From Utricularia gibba (lineage: Eukaryota; Plantae; Magnoliophyta): a DNA stretch of 64,000 nucleotides. Shown piece after piece: positions 1-13,000 of this stretch. The stretch covers positions 3,534,001 through 3,598,000 of the forward strand of contig CM007991.1 of assembly GCA_002189035.1 (NCBI GenBank). The letters run 5' to 3'. Position 1 is the first letter of the stretch. Every line of letters starts with the position of its first letter. The notes under the pieces were generated by a model that saw nothing but the letters and a program-made list of their open reading frames with translations, was not told the origin of the DNA and did not search any database. The position numbers and the translations under genes were made by a program.

Positions 1-40
1 TAAGCAAGCAATGGAGATTGAATTTGTTTGGTTCACACAG

Positions 41-121
41 GTCCTTGCTTCCAACTTGTTTTCCTTGATCTGGAACGTGATTCTCTCCTACAAAGCACAC
101 AAAGACGTTCTTGTGAAGTAG
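41..121 (+). CDS. Last coding exon of an Mpv17/PMP22-family membrane protein (gene begins left of the window)
   Basis: Acceptor cacacag at 34-40, then VLASNLFSLIWNVILSYKAHKDVLVK* (TAG 119-121), resembling the C-terminus of plant Mpv17/PMP22 proteins as I recall it. Confidence 0.7.
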   Translation, partial: VLASNLFSLIWNVILSYKAHKDVLVK

Positions 122-698
122 CAGCAGCCTCCTGTTTCTATATTTTTCCTGCATCAAATATTCAATTGTTCTATTTGCTTCACTCTTTCTTATGCTCTCA
201 TTCGACCCTGTCGGTCTGTGATTCTGTCAAATGGAGCCGGAGAAAGGCAGTGGCTTCTCAATGGCTCTTCAATCACATATACCGATTCTGTAACATCGGC
301 TGAATCCGACAGGCAATGTCACCGGCCGGTGGTATTTTTGGAGGTTGAGTCTGACGGCCAATGTCACCGGCCGGGGTGCTTTCAGAGGCAGGACCAGATT
401 GTTGCACATTCCTTGATCTTGAGGATTAAGTAGTCAGCTAGAGTGACTACCACGCTGTGGCTCCTAATATTCTAGTCAGCTTACAATATAAATAGGACTA
501 CTGTGTGTCTACAGAAAAGGTGTACAAGTGGCCGGTGAGAGTGAGCATGAGCATTTAAGGTTCAAAACTGCAGCATGAGCATTCCGAATTCGAATAAGCA
601 TATAAAGAGCATTCAGTTTAACAGCATAGTTTTGGAGGCAACTTGAAATCATCACATAAGAGAGAAGATGGAACCAGGGTACAATCACTGGACGTTCA

Positions 699-2937
699 TC
701 ACATGTAGAGCCCTTCAGGGACTCCCTCTTTCTTCTTGAACATGACCTTGTCTTTAGCCTTCTTGAAATCAGGATGAGTGACCTAATGACACGTGCAGGT
801 TGGATTCAAACACGTTAAGCTAAAGTTTCATACCACAATAGCTTAGAAATCTTTAAACCACTCGTAAAAAAGTAGATTTAATGCAAACGCATAATGGGAA
901 TGCCTTCAAAACTTATTATATAAAATCCCTCTGCAATGGCAGGTATATGATTTTCTGAACATGAAACGCACAGTCCACACCCGGATTTATGTTGAAAAGA
1001 GCACTCCAACATACGACACATAGATACTTTGCAATTTGAAGATGCATATAGTCAAGAGAGGTAGTTGCGTACCTTCATACGTCGCTCTCTTAAAGCAAGC
1101 AGACCTGCTTCAGTGCATATGGCCTTGATATCAGCTCCAGAAAACTCATCCTTTGTCATAACAAATTCTTCCAGATTTACGTCATCCGCTAATGTCATCC
1201 GTGACGTGTGTATCTAGGCATCCAAGAAAAAACTCAGCTACTAGTGACATCAGAAATAAAGCTCTGTCAAAAATCATGCAGTGTGTACCTGGAAAATGCG
1301 CCTCCTTGTTTTTATGTCAGGAAGAGGAAATTCAATTTTTCGGTCTATTCTACCAGGACGAAGGAGAGCAGGATCAAGACTCTCGATTTTGTTTGTAGCA
1401 AGAATTACTTTCACATCCCCTCTTGAATCAAAGCCATCTAACTGATTAAGCAGTTCCAACATAGTCCTTTGAATTTCTCTTTCACCACCTGAATGGGCAT
1501 CATACCTGAAGAAACAGATGCCAACAAGTCATAAAATAAATATTTACAATGGCAATAGAATCTAAAATGAATTACCTTTTTGTACCAACTGCATCAATTT
1601 CATCAATAAAGACGATTGACGGTGATAGGTCATCAGCAACTCTAAACAGCTCTCTAACTAATTTCGGACCATCTCCCAAATACTTCTGAATCAATTCACT
1701 TCCAACAACACGCAAGAATGTTGCTGATGTAGAGTTAGCCACTGCCTAAACAGTTCAAGGACAATTATACTTCACACACGATGATGAGAGCCAAAATACG
1801 AAATCAGGGAGAAAAAAATAGTTTCAACCGCATACCTTTGCAAGTAAAGTTTTCCCAGTTCCCGGCTCCCCATAAAGAATGACACCCTTCGGGGTTTAAT
1901 GCCAATATCCTCATACAACTCAGGATGTGTTAATGGCAGTTCAACTGCCTCCTTGATCTCCTGGATCTGAGCATCAAGACCACCGATATCAGCATACGAC
2001 TCCAACGGAGCTTTCTCAACTTTCATGACAGAAACCATGGGATCAACTTCATCTTGCAGTAGCCCAACAACAGAAAGCACCTAAAACGAGCAAGTTACAA
2101 AATGACAGACATCAGTTAACAATTGCAACAATCTCAAGCCACTAAAAATTACGAGAAACCCCATAGAAACAGTATCACCAACTTATTCAGCTATAGCCTT
2201 TGACATGATATTAAGCCAATTGAGGTCACCTACTCAATGAGGAGACTACCATAAGTAATGATTGAATTTACACATAAGTAAGAAATTATCATAAAAAAGA
2301 CAATAAATTTGAAAAGTGTTCCCATACTCAAAGGCAATACCTAAAATCTATCGGAAATAGCTTTGAGATTTCCAATGACCACTATCAGGAGCATCAAACG
2401 AGGCTAGAATGCCAAACTCCATGTGAAAACCTAATTTATTCAAACAATTGAAGGACACACCTTATTGTGCATAAGAATAGAGCATCCAGGTTCAAGTTGA
2501 TCCTTGTCCACAAATGACAAAATTCCGACATAGTACTCCGGCCCAACAGAAGATGAAACAATCGCATGATTCTCATCAATCAACTCTTCCAAATTGCCCA
2601 CACTCATCGGTGAGCCACGTAAATCATCGACCTTGGACCGATCCTCCTCCGTCTTCTCCTCCTGTGGCTTCAACCTCTCCTGATTCGTAACAAACTCTTC
2701 TTCCATAAGCAAATAGTCCTTTATTCTTTCTAGCTTCAAAAGACGAAGCTTGCACTTCGTCAGCGGCGTCACCGTAGGTATCCGAGCCGCAGCCTCGGGA
2801 CCCTTCTGCTTTCGCTGCTTCCGGCCAACTCGCGCTGGCGGCGCCGCCGGCTCAAATTTCTTCTCCTTCTTATCTCCGTCATTCTTCCGATCTCCTTGAT
2901 TCTGGCGGTTCAGCCCTCCCGGAGTTCCCTGACCCAT
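699..2937 (-). CDS. RPT2: 26S proteasome AAA-ATPase regulatory subunit 4 (multi-exon)
   Basis: [12 protein letters not shown] start (ATG 2937). Exons give [65 protein letters not shown] and [15 protein letters not shown], ending [12 protein letters not shown] (stop 701-699). Confidence 0.97.
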
Positions 2938-3004
2938 TTTCTCCTTTCTTTCTCCCGACTTGTTTCTCAAGCAAAAGTGAAACTCAAACGAAAGAACGCG
3001 TTCT

Positions 3005-3062
3005 TATGGGCGGATGCCCACGGGCAAACCAGAATGGGCTTTTTATGGCCCAATAGGCCCAT
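3005..3062. promoter_or_regulatory. Site II (TGGGCY/RGCCCA) cluster in the divergent promoter upstream of RPT2
   Basis: TGGGCT at 3035 and GGCCCA at 3047 and 3056, about 100-125 bp upstream of the RPT2 ATG. Confidence 0.55.
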
Positions 3063-3441
3063 ATCCTTTGAACGAAAACTACGCCATCACCCCGAAATTT
3101 GCAGTTCATCTTCATCTCCTGTACAAGATAGCATAATCTTCTATGTAAATCTGCAAAGTTTGTACGGTAGAACAATCGAAATACAAATGCCTGATGTGTT
3201 TGATACCATAGTAAGTCAACGCGATCTCTATTTTTGTTTTGTTTTAGCTATTATCTTTTCTCAGTCTTGCTTTTGTGTGAATTTCGTCTCGTTTCGTTTC
3301 GTATTCTGGGTCGCCCTGGGATTTGCTCTCTTCCCTGTTTAAAGAAACACAATTTTTAGCATATTGATGAGCTTTCCTTGAATTTTAATGGGTTCGTGTC
3401 TGTTGTTGAATTGTTGTATCCAATGCGGTGTCTAACCAGTG

Positions 3442-4005
3442 ATGCCTTGTTCAAGGTCGGAGCCTTTGGATGAAGATAAAGTTTGCACGAGTGCGGGTAT
3501 GTCCTGTTATTGTTTTGGGGTGAGTGTGATGTTATACACGCGCCAAAGCAGTGGAGATTTGGCAAGTTCCTGGTTGATATTGAAAAATCTGGCTTCTTTG
3601 GGTAAGCATTCTAGCGGTTGCTAGTTTGCTATTGATCTTCCTGTTTCCGTCTCCCTCATGCTTTTGTGGGTTGGCTTCTTCAAGATTGCAACTTCTTTTG
3701 ACTTTCTTCATACACTATCCTCCTATTAGATTTGCTTTTGGAGACGAATGATGGCAAACCATGTTATGTGGACGAGCAGGTCCCAACTGCAGTCTCTTGG
3801 TAGGTTCTTTTCATGTTGGATATATTTCTCATTCTTGTTTCACGGGGACCTTTCTCCTGGATGCAATTTTGCAACCAGACTCCCTCAAAGAAGAATGCCT
3901 TCATGTGTGTATGGTTCTACGTTGTGGATGCTACAGACAACCAGCTTATAACTGATCTAGTGCCTTTGCTAATCCTCTTGCAGCCTCATAATACGAAATC
4001 CGTAG
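3442..4005 (+). CDS. Tentative 3-exon small protein of unknown function (~48 aa)
   Basis: Exons 3442-3496, 3730-3799 and 3984-4005 join in phase through GT-AG sites to MPCSRSEPLDEDKVCTSADLLLETNDGKPCYVDEQVPTAVSCLIIRNP*. An upstream donor (gtaagt, ~3210) suggests a leader intron. No family recognised. Confidence 0.3.
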
Positions 4006-4392
4006 TATCATAAAGAAGAAGAACTGCAAAGAGTCATCCGCCAGTGCAGCCATGGACCAATTCTCCGTTAATGCAACTGAATCAGAGCAATGCTCTCTAA
4101 ATACTTAATAAGGAATCTCCAGGATCTGGAACAAGCCATGGAAGATGAATCAGTCCGGCATCTGGCTCAAAAGGTTACACAACTTTACTCACCCTTCCTT
4201 GCACAGCAGCACATTTGTCATGAATAGGAAGAGTACTTACAGTCAGTACATCCCATCCCCTTTAATGTCAGATCTTGGACGCTGTTGGTACTTGAGGCTT
4301 CTTCTCGAGTTATGACCATGTGCTTCCTACTCCATACAGTTCACTCTGTGCCACCTCACATGTACGGTGCTCTTCTTTACCTATAACCCCAC

Positions 4393-4430
4393 CGGGTCGG
4401 GGTCTGGGTCCGGGTCCGGGTCCGGGTCCG
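4393..4430 (+). repeat. (GGGTCC)n hexamer repeat, G-quadruplex-capable
   Basis: cgggtcggggtctgggtccgggtccgggtccgggtccg: six G3+ tracts with 2-3 nt spacers. Confidence 0.9.
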
Positions 4431-5241
4431 GCGTGTTTGACCCAGAAGAATATGCAGGCAGAGCTGATCAGGCAGGATAAGCCAGCCAGCCAGCCAGCCA
4501 GCCTCTTGAACACATTTACTGCTTCAACTTTTGGACAGTTTACATTGCTCAGGTGTCACGTGACATGTGGTTACTAACTGACCACTTGACTTGACTCAGT
4601 GTAATGTCGTTACGGGCCCTTGGGCCATCTCGTACGGATTGAATTGGCCCACCTTGATGACATGCTAATCCCTCATTTAAGTGTTCCTCTGTTTGGGTCT
4701 GGTCCACCAATGCTCTTCTTGCAAAGTGAGATAGCGCCTAGGGGCTAGGGGTAAACTTGGACTTTCATTCAAAATATATTTTCATAAATATTAAATATTT
4801 TTTTATAATTTTGAAACTTGAATATTAAACTGATTGAAACCTGAAGTGTTTTTCTTCTAATTTTGTATTATTTAAAAATACCAATTTCTAATTGCTTAAA
4901 AAAAGATATTATCTGTTTTACAATTTCAATAATACTTGTTTACCTGGTAATTTTATTTATTTATTTTCTTGGGAAATAAAGTATTATTTATTGTATATAT
5001 ATAAAAAAGGGCAAGTTGCAAAATTAAAAAAGATGGAAGGGGTGACACAGTGACAGAATATGGGTGTGGATGCGAGGCGTTGGAGCCCACCACCCATGTG
5101 CGTTCCTTTCTGTCTCCACCAGCCCCGCTGCTCCTTGTGCTCCTCTTCAATCAATCATTGCTCCCCCGCCCCCTTTCGCTTCCCAGTCTCTTCTCTTCTA
5201 TTTTCTCCTCCTCTTCGCGGCTTCCCCGGCCCCGCACCGCC

Positions 5242-5964
5242 ATGTCGACGTCCCCTTCCGATGGGCCACACGGCGGGGCTGGACCCACAATCCCATCAAC
5301 AGCCAATAAGAAGCCACCTGCAAAAGACAGGCACAGCAAAGTCGACGGGCGCGGCCGCCGTATCCGTATGCCTATTATCTGCGCCGCCAGGGTGTTTCAG
5401 CTCACCAGAGAACTTGGCCATAAGTCGGATGGCCAGACAATCGAGTGGCTGCTCCGTCAGGCGGAGCCCTCCATTATTGCGGCCACCGGGACTGGCACTA
5501 CTCCGGCCACTTTCTCCACTGTGTCCCCTTCTTCTACCTCGGATAACAATAAGCCGCTTTCCCATTCGCCCGCTCCATTCCTTCTAGGAAAACGCCTCCG
5601 CCCCGAGGACCACGAGGACCAGGAGCTCTCCAAAGACGACGTCAACGCCCCTCCTTCCTCTTCCCCTGCTCTTGGCCCTGCAGCAGGCTTCTGGGCTTTG
5701 CCCGCGCGCCCCGATTTCGGCCAAGTTTGGAGCTTTGCGCCGCACCCGGAAATGGTGGTTAATAATGCCTCTCATCTCACACACCCATCTTCATTGAGAT
5801 TCTTGCAGCAGCAGCAGCAGCCGTTAACGTTGAACGAGGCCTCCGCTGCGAGAGTAGGCAACTATCTACCAATTGCTCAAGTACAGGGGCACCACCTCAA
5901 TTTACTCGCTTCCCTCTCCGGCGGGACGCCGCAGTCCTCGGAACAACGAAGAGGCACAGATTGA
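5242..5964 (+). CDS. TCP: Class I TCP transcription factor (TCP7/21-like), intronless
   Basis: TCP domain [59 protein letters not shown], plus C-terminal RVGNYLP and LNLLASLS motifs. Confidence 0.95.
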   Translation: MSTSPSDGPHGGAGPTIPSTANKKPPAKDRHSKVDGRGRRIRMPIICAARVFQLTRELGHKSDGQTIEWLLRQAEPSIIAATGTGTTPATFSTVSPSSTSDNNKPLSHSPAPFLLGKRLRPEDHEDQELSKDDVNAPPSSSPALGPAAGFWALPARPDFGQVWSFAPHPEMVVNNASHLTHPSSLRFLQQQQQPLTLNEASAARVGNYLPIAQVQGHHLNLLASLSGGTPQSSEQRRGTD

Positions 5965-6709
5965 TTGAAATCGAGCATCACCCACCCCTCCATTCGATCT
6001 CCACTGTTAATACCAATCCCACAATGGATGGAACAACAATCTGTCTACCTCAAATCGTGCTGCGTTTTTGCTGTTCTGGTTTGTTTTGTTTAGGACAATC
6101 CCTGTTCCCTGATCCCTCTCCCCTTGTTAGACGGGATTGCTGCTTGCTTCTCCTTCTGAGTTTGTGCTTTCGTTGTTCTGGTCTCGGTGAAACGATCGAG
6201 ATCCAGATGCAGTTGTCGTCTGTAGAGTCAGAGTGTTGCTTGAGGTATTGGAATCTGTTAGACAATAAATGAAATTGCTTCCCATCGCCGAATCAGTCTT
6301 CTTCTTCTCGAACACAGCCACAAGCTTCAGTCTTTGGATAATCCTCCTGCATCACTTCGCCTCCATTTTCATTTTGAAAAAAAAAAAGTAATTTTATTAT
6401 CAAATATGTATAATTTTTAATGTAAAATTGGGATTTTATTTCATATTTTAAAATTTATTTTGATTCTAAAATTGATGAATAAAAATGAATCTTTAGGACG
6501 CTGAACTCAATGAATGAAGCGAGGAAAGGAGGGCTTTTTTCTTGATTCTTTGGCAGCCATTTGATGTCGCGCTCGATTGCTTCTTTTTCTTGTATAGCTA
6601 AATTCTTGTCGATGTAGGACCAGAAAGCTCGAGTTCAAGATTTGTATTGGGATTCTTGATTCGTTGTGATTCCATCGTTTTGTCGATTGGGGGGATAGAA
6701 AATTAAGGA

Positions 6710-9422
6710 ATGGATTTGGACCAGTGGATCACTAAGGTGAAAGAGGGCGAGCATCTGTCTGAAGACGAGCTTCAGCTTCTCTGCGAATACGTATCTACTT
6801 GTTCTTCTTATCTTTTGCTATTTCACTCTACGTAATCGCTGGGCTGCTCTTCTACCAATTTCTGTAAAGCATATATTTTCCTGATAGTTGATGCATTTTA
6901 GTCGTTCGGGAGATTTTGACTTGACCTTTATTTCTGTTACTTGGGACTTTCCCTTCAATATTATGGGTTTTCGTGACTTGTACAATGAGCTGTGGTTGGA
7001 TTTTTAGGAAACTGATCAGTTGAGATGGGAAGACGTTTTAGATGGGTTTAGCGTATTTTTCATCTTTTCTTTTAATAAAAAAAGCCGATGCCAGAGAAAC
7101 GTTTTTTTTTTTTTTTGCAATACTCAAAAAAAACTTGAGTTAGCTCTTTCTTGAAATGTTGGATTTTTAGGAAACTGATATAATTTATTGTGTTAGCTCT
7201 TTCTTGAAATGATGAATCTTGTTCAAGAATGGCCACATAACACATCTATGGCTTCAGCTGAGTTTGTTGCTCCAAGCATGTCCAACCATCACGTTGCTCA
7301 TATTTAGTGTGGAATGCCTAGTACAGCTTTTAGAAGTACTCAAATCTAGTTGAATCCTGATTTTTCAGGTAAAGGAGATTTTGATTGAGGAGTCTAATGT
7401 CCAGCCCGTCAATAGTCCTGTCACAGTCTGTGGAGATATACATGGCCAATTTCACGATTTAATAAAACTTTTTCATACGGGAGGCCATGTCCCAGAGACA
7501 AATTACATTTTCATGGTACATTGTATTTGAATTGTTTTTTTTTTTCGTTTTATTTACACTTCTCCTGACATCTCTCTATTACCCCTGATTATATGGCATC
7601 TTCCAGGGGATTTTGTTGATCGTGGTTATAATAGTTTGGAAGTTTTCACAATCCTTTTGCTTCTCAAGGCAAGGTGTGTACATTTTCTAAATATTCGTTG
7701 ATAGTGTGTAAGTGTATGTTCTGCTCAGCAAATCAGCTTTTATACATATTTGAAAAATATTTTCGTAGCTCCATATTTTGTAGAAATCGAAGTCATTTTA
7801 GTTACTGGATATTGGAAAAATTTGCTCCTGTTATTTGATCATTGTGGGCCGCTTTTGGCAGAAGAAAAAATTCCCATCTGGCTGTTGTTAAAACAACTCA
7901 AATGATGTTTCTAGCTTCTCTTCCTTTTCTAAATCATGGTTCTTTCCTATGCACCCAGATATCCCGCTAACATAACACTCCTACGAGGGAATCATGAAAG
8001 TCGGCAATTGACGCAGGTGAAAATAGATGTTAACATAAATGTCCTTCCTGATAATCAAGATTGGCATGTTTTAATTTTTATGCCATGTCATTTGATCACT
8101 TATGAAGTAGGAGTTTGACTTTACAATTTGTCATTTTAATTAAAAAAACATTCCTTGGAGGTATTTTTTCCATTCATCCTGAGCCAAATCATCTGATGGT
8201 GAATATTCATGTCCTGTTGATGTTTTTTTGCTGACAGGTTTATGGATTTTATGACGAATGTCAAAGAAAGTATGGCAATGCTAATGCCTGGCGATATTGC
8301 ACTGATGTGTTTGACTATCTGACACTGTCAGCAATTATTGATGGAACAGTAAGCGTTTTACTTTTGTTGCAACACTTATTGTTTAATTTTTCCTCCCTAC
8401 CAAAACTGTGTTTCAGATTATTTATTATCTATTTTTTTTAGATTTTTTTATCCTGCTTTCACTTTATAATATTTCCTCTTTCAGTAGTAAATAACTAGGG
8501 TTTTCTTTTCTTAGGTCTTATGTGTGCATGGTGGCCTATCCCCTGATGTTAGAACTATTGATCAGGTTAGACTGTGACCTTTCCACATTTTTTTGTACGT
8601 GACGTGATTACACAATTTTAGGGGTTGATTTATATTGAAGATATTAATATCGTCAGATCAGAGTCATTGAAAGAAATTGTGAGATCCCCCATGAAGGACC
8701 GTTTTGTGACTTAATGTGGAGTGATCCTGAAGACATAGAGACTTGGGCTGTCAGTCCTCGAGGTGCTGGGTGGCTTTTTGGGTCCAGAGTTACATCTGAG
8801 GTGAGTCATCCGTGGTGGGTGTGGCTAGTGGCTGTTTTCTATATTTACTTAACATGTCCAGTTTTTTGTCAATTTCTCTGCGGAGTAAAAGTATCAATAT
8901 CGGTTTTTCCAGTTCAATCATATAAACAAACTTGACCTTGTTTGTCGGGCACATCAACTTGTGCAAGAAGGTCTAAAGTACATGTTTCAAGATAAGGGGC
9001 TCGTTACTGTGAGTTTCTGTTTCATCGAATGATTTGTATATTATCTCTAGAACAGCTGTCTGTTTTTCCCTTTTCTCATTTATGGTTCTGCAGGTCTGGT
9101 CAGCACCGAATTATTGCTATCGATGTGGGAATGTGGCATCAATTCTAAGCTTCAATGAGCATATGGTATGCTACAGGAATCCTTGGTTATCTTAAAACTA
9201 CTCTGAACTATCTCCCTTGGCCCTGATGGGTGCTTGGTCTTGTTTTTTTTTATTGTGATATTGTGAATATCGTGGTATTGATATATCCTTGTTATTCTAC
9301 ATCGCATTCATCTTAGATGTTTTCTGATGTATTCCCAGGAAAGATCAGTGAAGTTCTTCACAGAGACTGAGGAGAATAACCAGATGAGGGGACCTAGAAC
9401 CGGAGTTCCATACTTCCTTTGA
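6710..9422 (+). CDS. FyPP: Ser/Thr protein phosphatase 6 catalytic subunit (phytochrome-associated), 10 exons
   Basis: [13 protein letters not shown] start. PPP motifs GDIHGQ, GDFVDRG and LRGNHE, and C-terminal TGVPYFL* (stop 9420-9422). All joins are GT-AG and in phase. Confidence 0.95.
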
Positions 9423-10078
9423 TTGATATCCACCATTCCAGAACACATTTGACCATCTGTAGTGCCTCTGAATCAAGGGTGTAGAAAGATTGTTTTGGAT
9501 GAAGTAATGCTTAGCTAAATGTTCCCGCCTCTTGGTTACTGCTTAATTTCATTGTTGTCAGTGTTTATATACGTATCAGGTGGAGCTTTATATCTGTTGA
9601 CCGTTGCAACCATGGTGTTTTTTATTCAGAATCATTCCCAGCATGCTTGGGGTGCTATGATTATATTTGTTGATTCTCTGGTTTTTGTTCGAGCTTGTGA
9701 TGCCATGTAGCACATCTGTAGTAAGGCTATGGTGGTTTCTAGGCGTGTGCTGTGTATGTTCTTTATCCACTATCGATTGTGGGTAAATACCAAGGTAAAG
9801 AATCTCTGTAGCTGCATGTTTACATTTCCATGATCAGACATACAGACATATAGCTGAATTGTGTAAGGAAAAACCCGTCTTTGAAAACATAAACCTCGTA
9901 CAAAGACTAGTTGATGTGCTGTGAAGTAAGAACTATGCAAAATTCAAAAAAAAAAAAAGAGAAGAATATGTTTTGATGCTGCCCATGCTTATTCTTCAAG
10001 GTGTATGAATAGTGTACTGACAAACGAGGGTGTCTTTCTTCAACGGTTCTTGCTGTCATGAGATGATCAACTTCCACA

Positions 10079-13000
10079 TCAATTGGCTTGCGGCAGCAGA
10101 AAACTAAATCCCGAATTCTCACGGATGAGAGGGGGTGGATCGATGTCTGAAATATCAATCCGGTCCATTGATTTCGAAAGGTCATCTACAGAGAACGGTA
10201 TGCTGCAATACAAAAATTTAGATCGGGACACCTTAGAGAATAGAAAGGCAATCAGTAAGGATATTGTCCAACCTTGAATCATCGTCCAACAAGAAAGAAC
10301 TACTGACAGCATTGTTTGAATCCTCGGTCATCAAGATTCTCATATTGGATATTACCTGTTGATGGCGAGGTGTATGATGAATTGGAAGCTGAAGGAAACA
10401 TGGAGACAATCTTGCATGAGTAACAAGGGCTTACATCAGGAGATAAGCTATGTGTCCCATATTTGTCGTCCCAGTACATTGTGCTGATTCTATACAGCTG
10501 CTGGATACTTAGAACCTTTTAAAACCGTAAAAAGAAAATCAGATCAAATACATGATTAATCAAAGATTGTCTCCTAGAGATTAAGAATTTGGAAGTAACT
10601 GCTTACTGGGCAAAGGTCGTGACTGATTTCATCCAGAGTTTTCTTTGGCTTCTGATGGATAACCTGTTAGATGTTATTCGGAAACAGTGGGATTTAACGT
10701 AATCACTGGTTATATTTCAAGAGATTAATAGACAAACAAAAGTACCAGAAATCCGATAGCCTGCCTTATATGCTTGAGCTCATCCCAAGCAGTACCTGCA
10801 TACTGGATCCAGCTTCTGGTTAAGCAATGTAAATCGATGAAGAGAATGCTCTTAAATCCTATCTAGCATCCCACAGAAAATGATTTTGATGTGCTAGAAA
10901 AGTTACCTCATCAGTAGCCTTATAACACCAGTGTTCCAGCTCGGCCAACCCAGCCTTCACATATTCACCATTACTGAATGAGCAGCATTCCCGTCTAAGT
11001 AGGAGACTGAAAAGACAAGGTTCTAATTATGGATTATTATATGAAAAAGAAAGTGTAAAGTGACATTTAAACGGCCAAGTTCTGATTTTCGACTGATCTC
11101 TAGAATGGATGTGGACGTCAGCCCTTCTGGGGGGTTTTAGATGCGGGTAGATAGGCACCAGGAAGCATAAAGGTTAGTGTACAAACCTGTTGAATAACTG
11201 CACATTGATGAATGAGAATATTTGGGTGAATACCTTCCGAACCAGAAATGGGGGTACCTGACAACAGTTGAATGCTTGCTTTCATTACTCAATGATTGGT
11301 ATAATGAATGCCCCAGAGAGACTAGAAATGCTTTCTTACATGGTTGGTTTTTAGAACATTCAGGAAATTCACTAAACTCTTTACAATTCCTTGCCAGTGA
11401 GCTATCAAAATTTCCTGGGCAGCAGCATTTGCTAGAGTGCGGGCTGTCCCTCTGATTAAGTTAGCCCGGGATATTCTTGGTGCCTGCGCTGATAAATACA
11501 ATTTTAAGGCTTGTAAAAATGTGTGTAGAAAATACTAGCATTTACTACAAGCATTTTGTGATACCTGGATACATTGTCCGAGCACGGGAGAAATATCTTT
11601 CTTCAAGTTGTCCCGTATCATTCCATAAATTTTCTCTACATAAGCAGTGAGTTGTTGCTTGAACAACAGTGCAGGGTATTTGGCATCTACTTGGGATATA
11701 TTACTAGCAGAATCATCTGTCAGCAATGATAGATTGACTTCCTGAGGTGCACTTCGGAAACTCTAGGAGAAAGAAGATAAAATTATTACGTTCCCCAATA
11801 AAAGTTGAAAAGGAAAGCAAACATGACATTTACTTTTTCTACCTGAGTCATTCTCCCAAAAAGAGTTGCCGATGGAGATCGTCGATGTTGTGGAGCAGCC
11901 CCTGCACCCCCACCAGCTTTGAGAGTGCGTTGCAGTAGTAACAACAAGGTTGATGCGTTTGACAACCAATATGCCAAGAGATCAATCTTGTCACCACCAT
12001 TCTTCAGTTCAAAAGAGCAGCCACATTAAGGTGGCGGCAACATAAACAAGAATGATAAGAAAAATAGATTCAGGATTCCTTACCTCGATAGCATTGCCAA
12101 TTGCTTGTATCATGCGGTCAAAAATGCTTGTCCTTTCAACCTCAAATGAATGCCAATGCCTGAGACATTTATATATTATGCATGCAGCAACGGGTCTACC
12201 TCTGGAGAAGCCCAAGTGCTGAGCAATGCATCGTATAAGTAAATCATGGTACTCTTGTTGCTTGTCATTGAGTGTCTTCTGAGGTCTATCTTCCATATCT
12301 GATTGATCTCGTGTTTTCAAAGAAGAACTGCGGAAATCCTGCTTACCAACATGTTAGGATTGCAGGAAGATCGAATATAAGAAATATTGATTTTCTCATA
12401 GTACTGATACTTACAGCGTTGGATTTTGCACTTTCAGCTCTCTGATACATTGAATTAAGAAAAGCTCCAATCAATGTGCAAATAAGAAATCCGAGTTAGA
12501 AGAAATCAAGATCACATGGTTTTTGCACTTACTTGCATGATTGATCTTGAGCTTCTTGAGAGCAACTTGTTATTCTGTGCCATGGCCAGTGCTTGTTGAC
12601 GAAGAACTTTATTTTCTGATTCTACATTTGTTATCTTGTCTTCTACCCTATCTCCAGTAAAACAAATTCAATGAGCCAATAATGCTGTGTACCGGTTTAA
12701 ATAACGAACCAAGAAGAAAACCAAAAAAAAAAAAAAAAAAAAAAAAACACACACTCACAGATGTTGATGTAAATTACATGTAGAATATAACCCACCTGCT
12801 CAATGACTCCTGAAGTTGATTAACCTTTTTTTCAGTTTCTTCCAACTTCTGACTCTTTGCTTCACTTGCTTCTTGAATTTCAGCACATCTGCTTTCAGCA
12901 TCATCAGCTCGTTGTGTCTCGGAATGCAGCTTGTCCTAGAAATAGCAACAAAGGGGAGGGGAATATTTTGTGACTCATGCAAGATCCTTTGAAGTATCAT

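Noticed and set aside
5050-5241. In-frame N-terminal extension of TCP from the alternative start at 5050
   Set aside because: Pyrimidine-rich sequence typical of a 5'UTR. The ATG at 5242 gives a normal TCP N-terminus.
12723-12747. Long A/T homopolymers (also ~40060-40085) as retroposon poly(A) tails
   Set aside because: They are intronic or intergenic with no flanking target-site duplication or SINE body, and homopolymer lengths look unreliable in this assembly.
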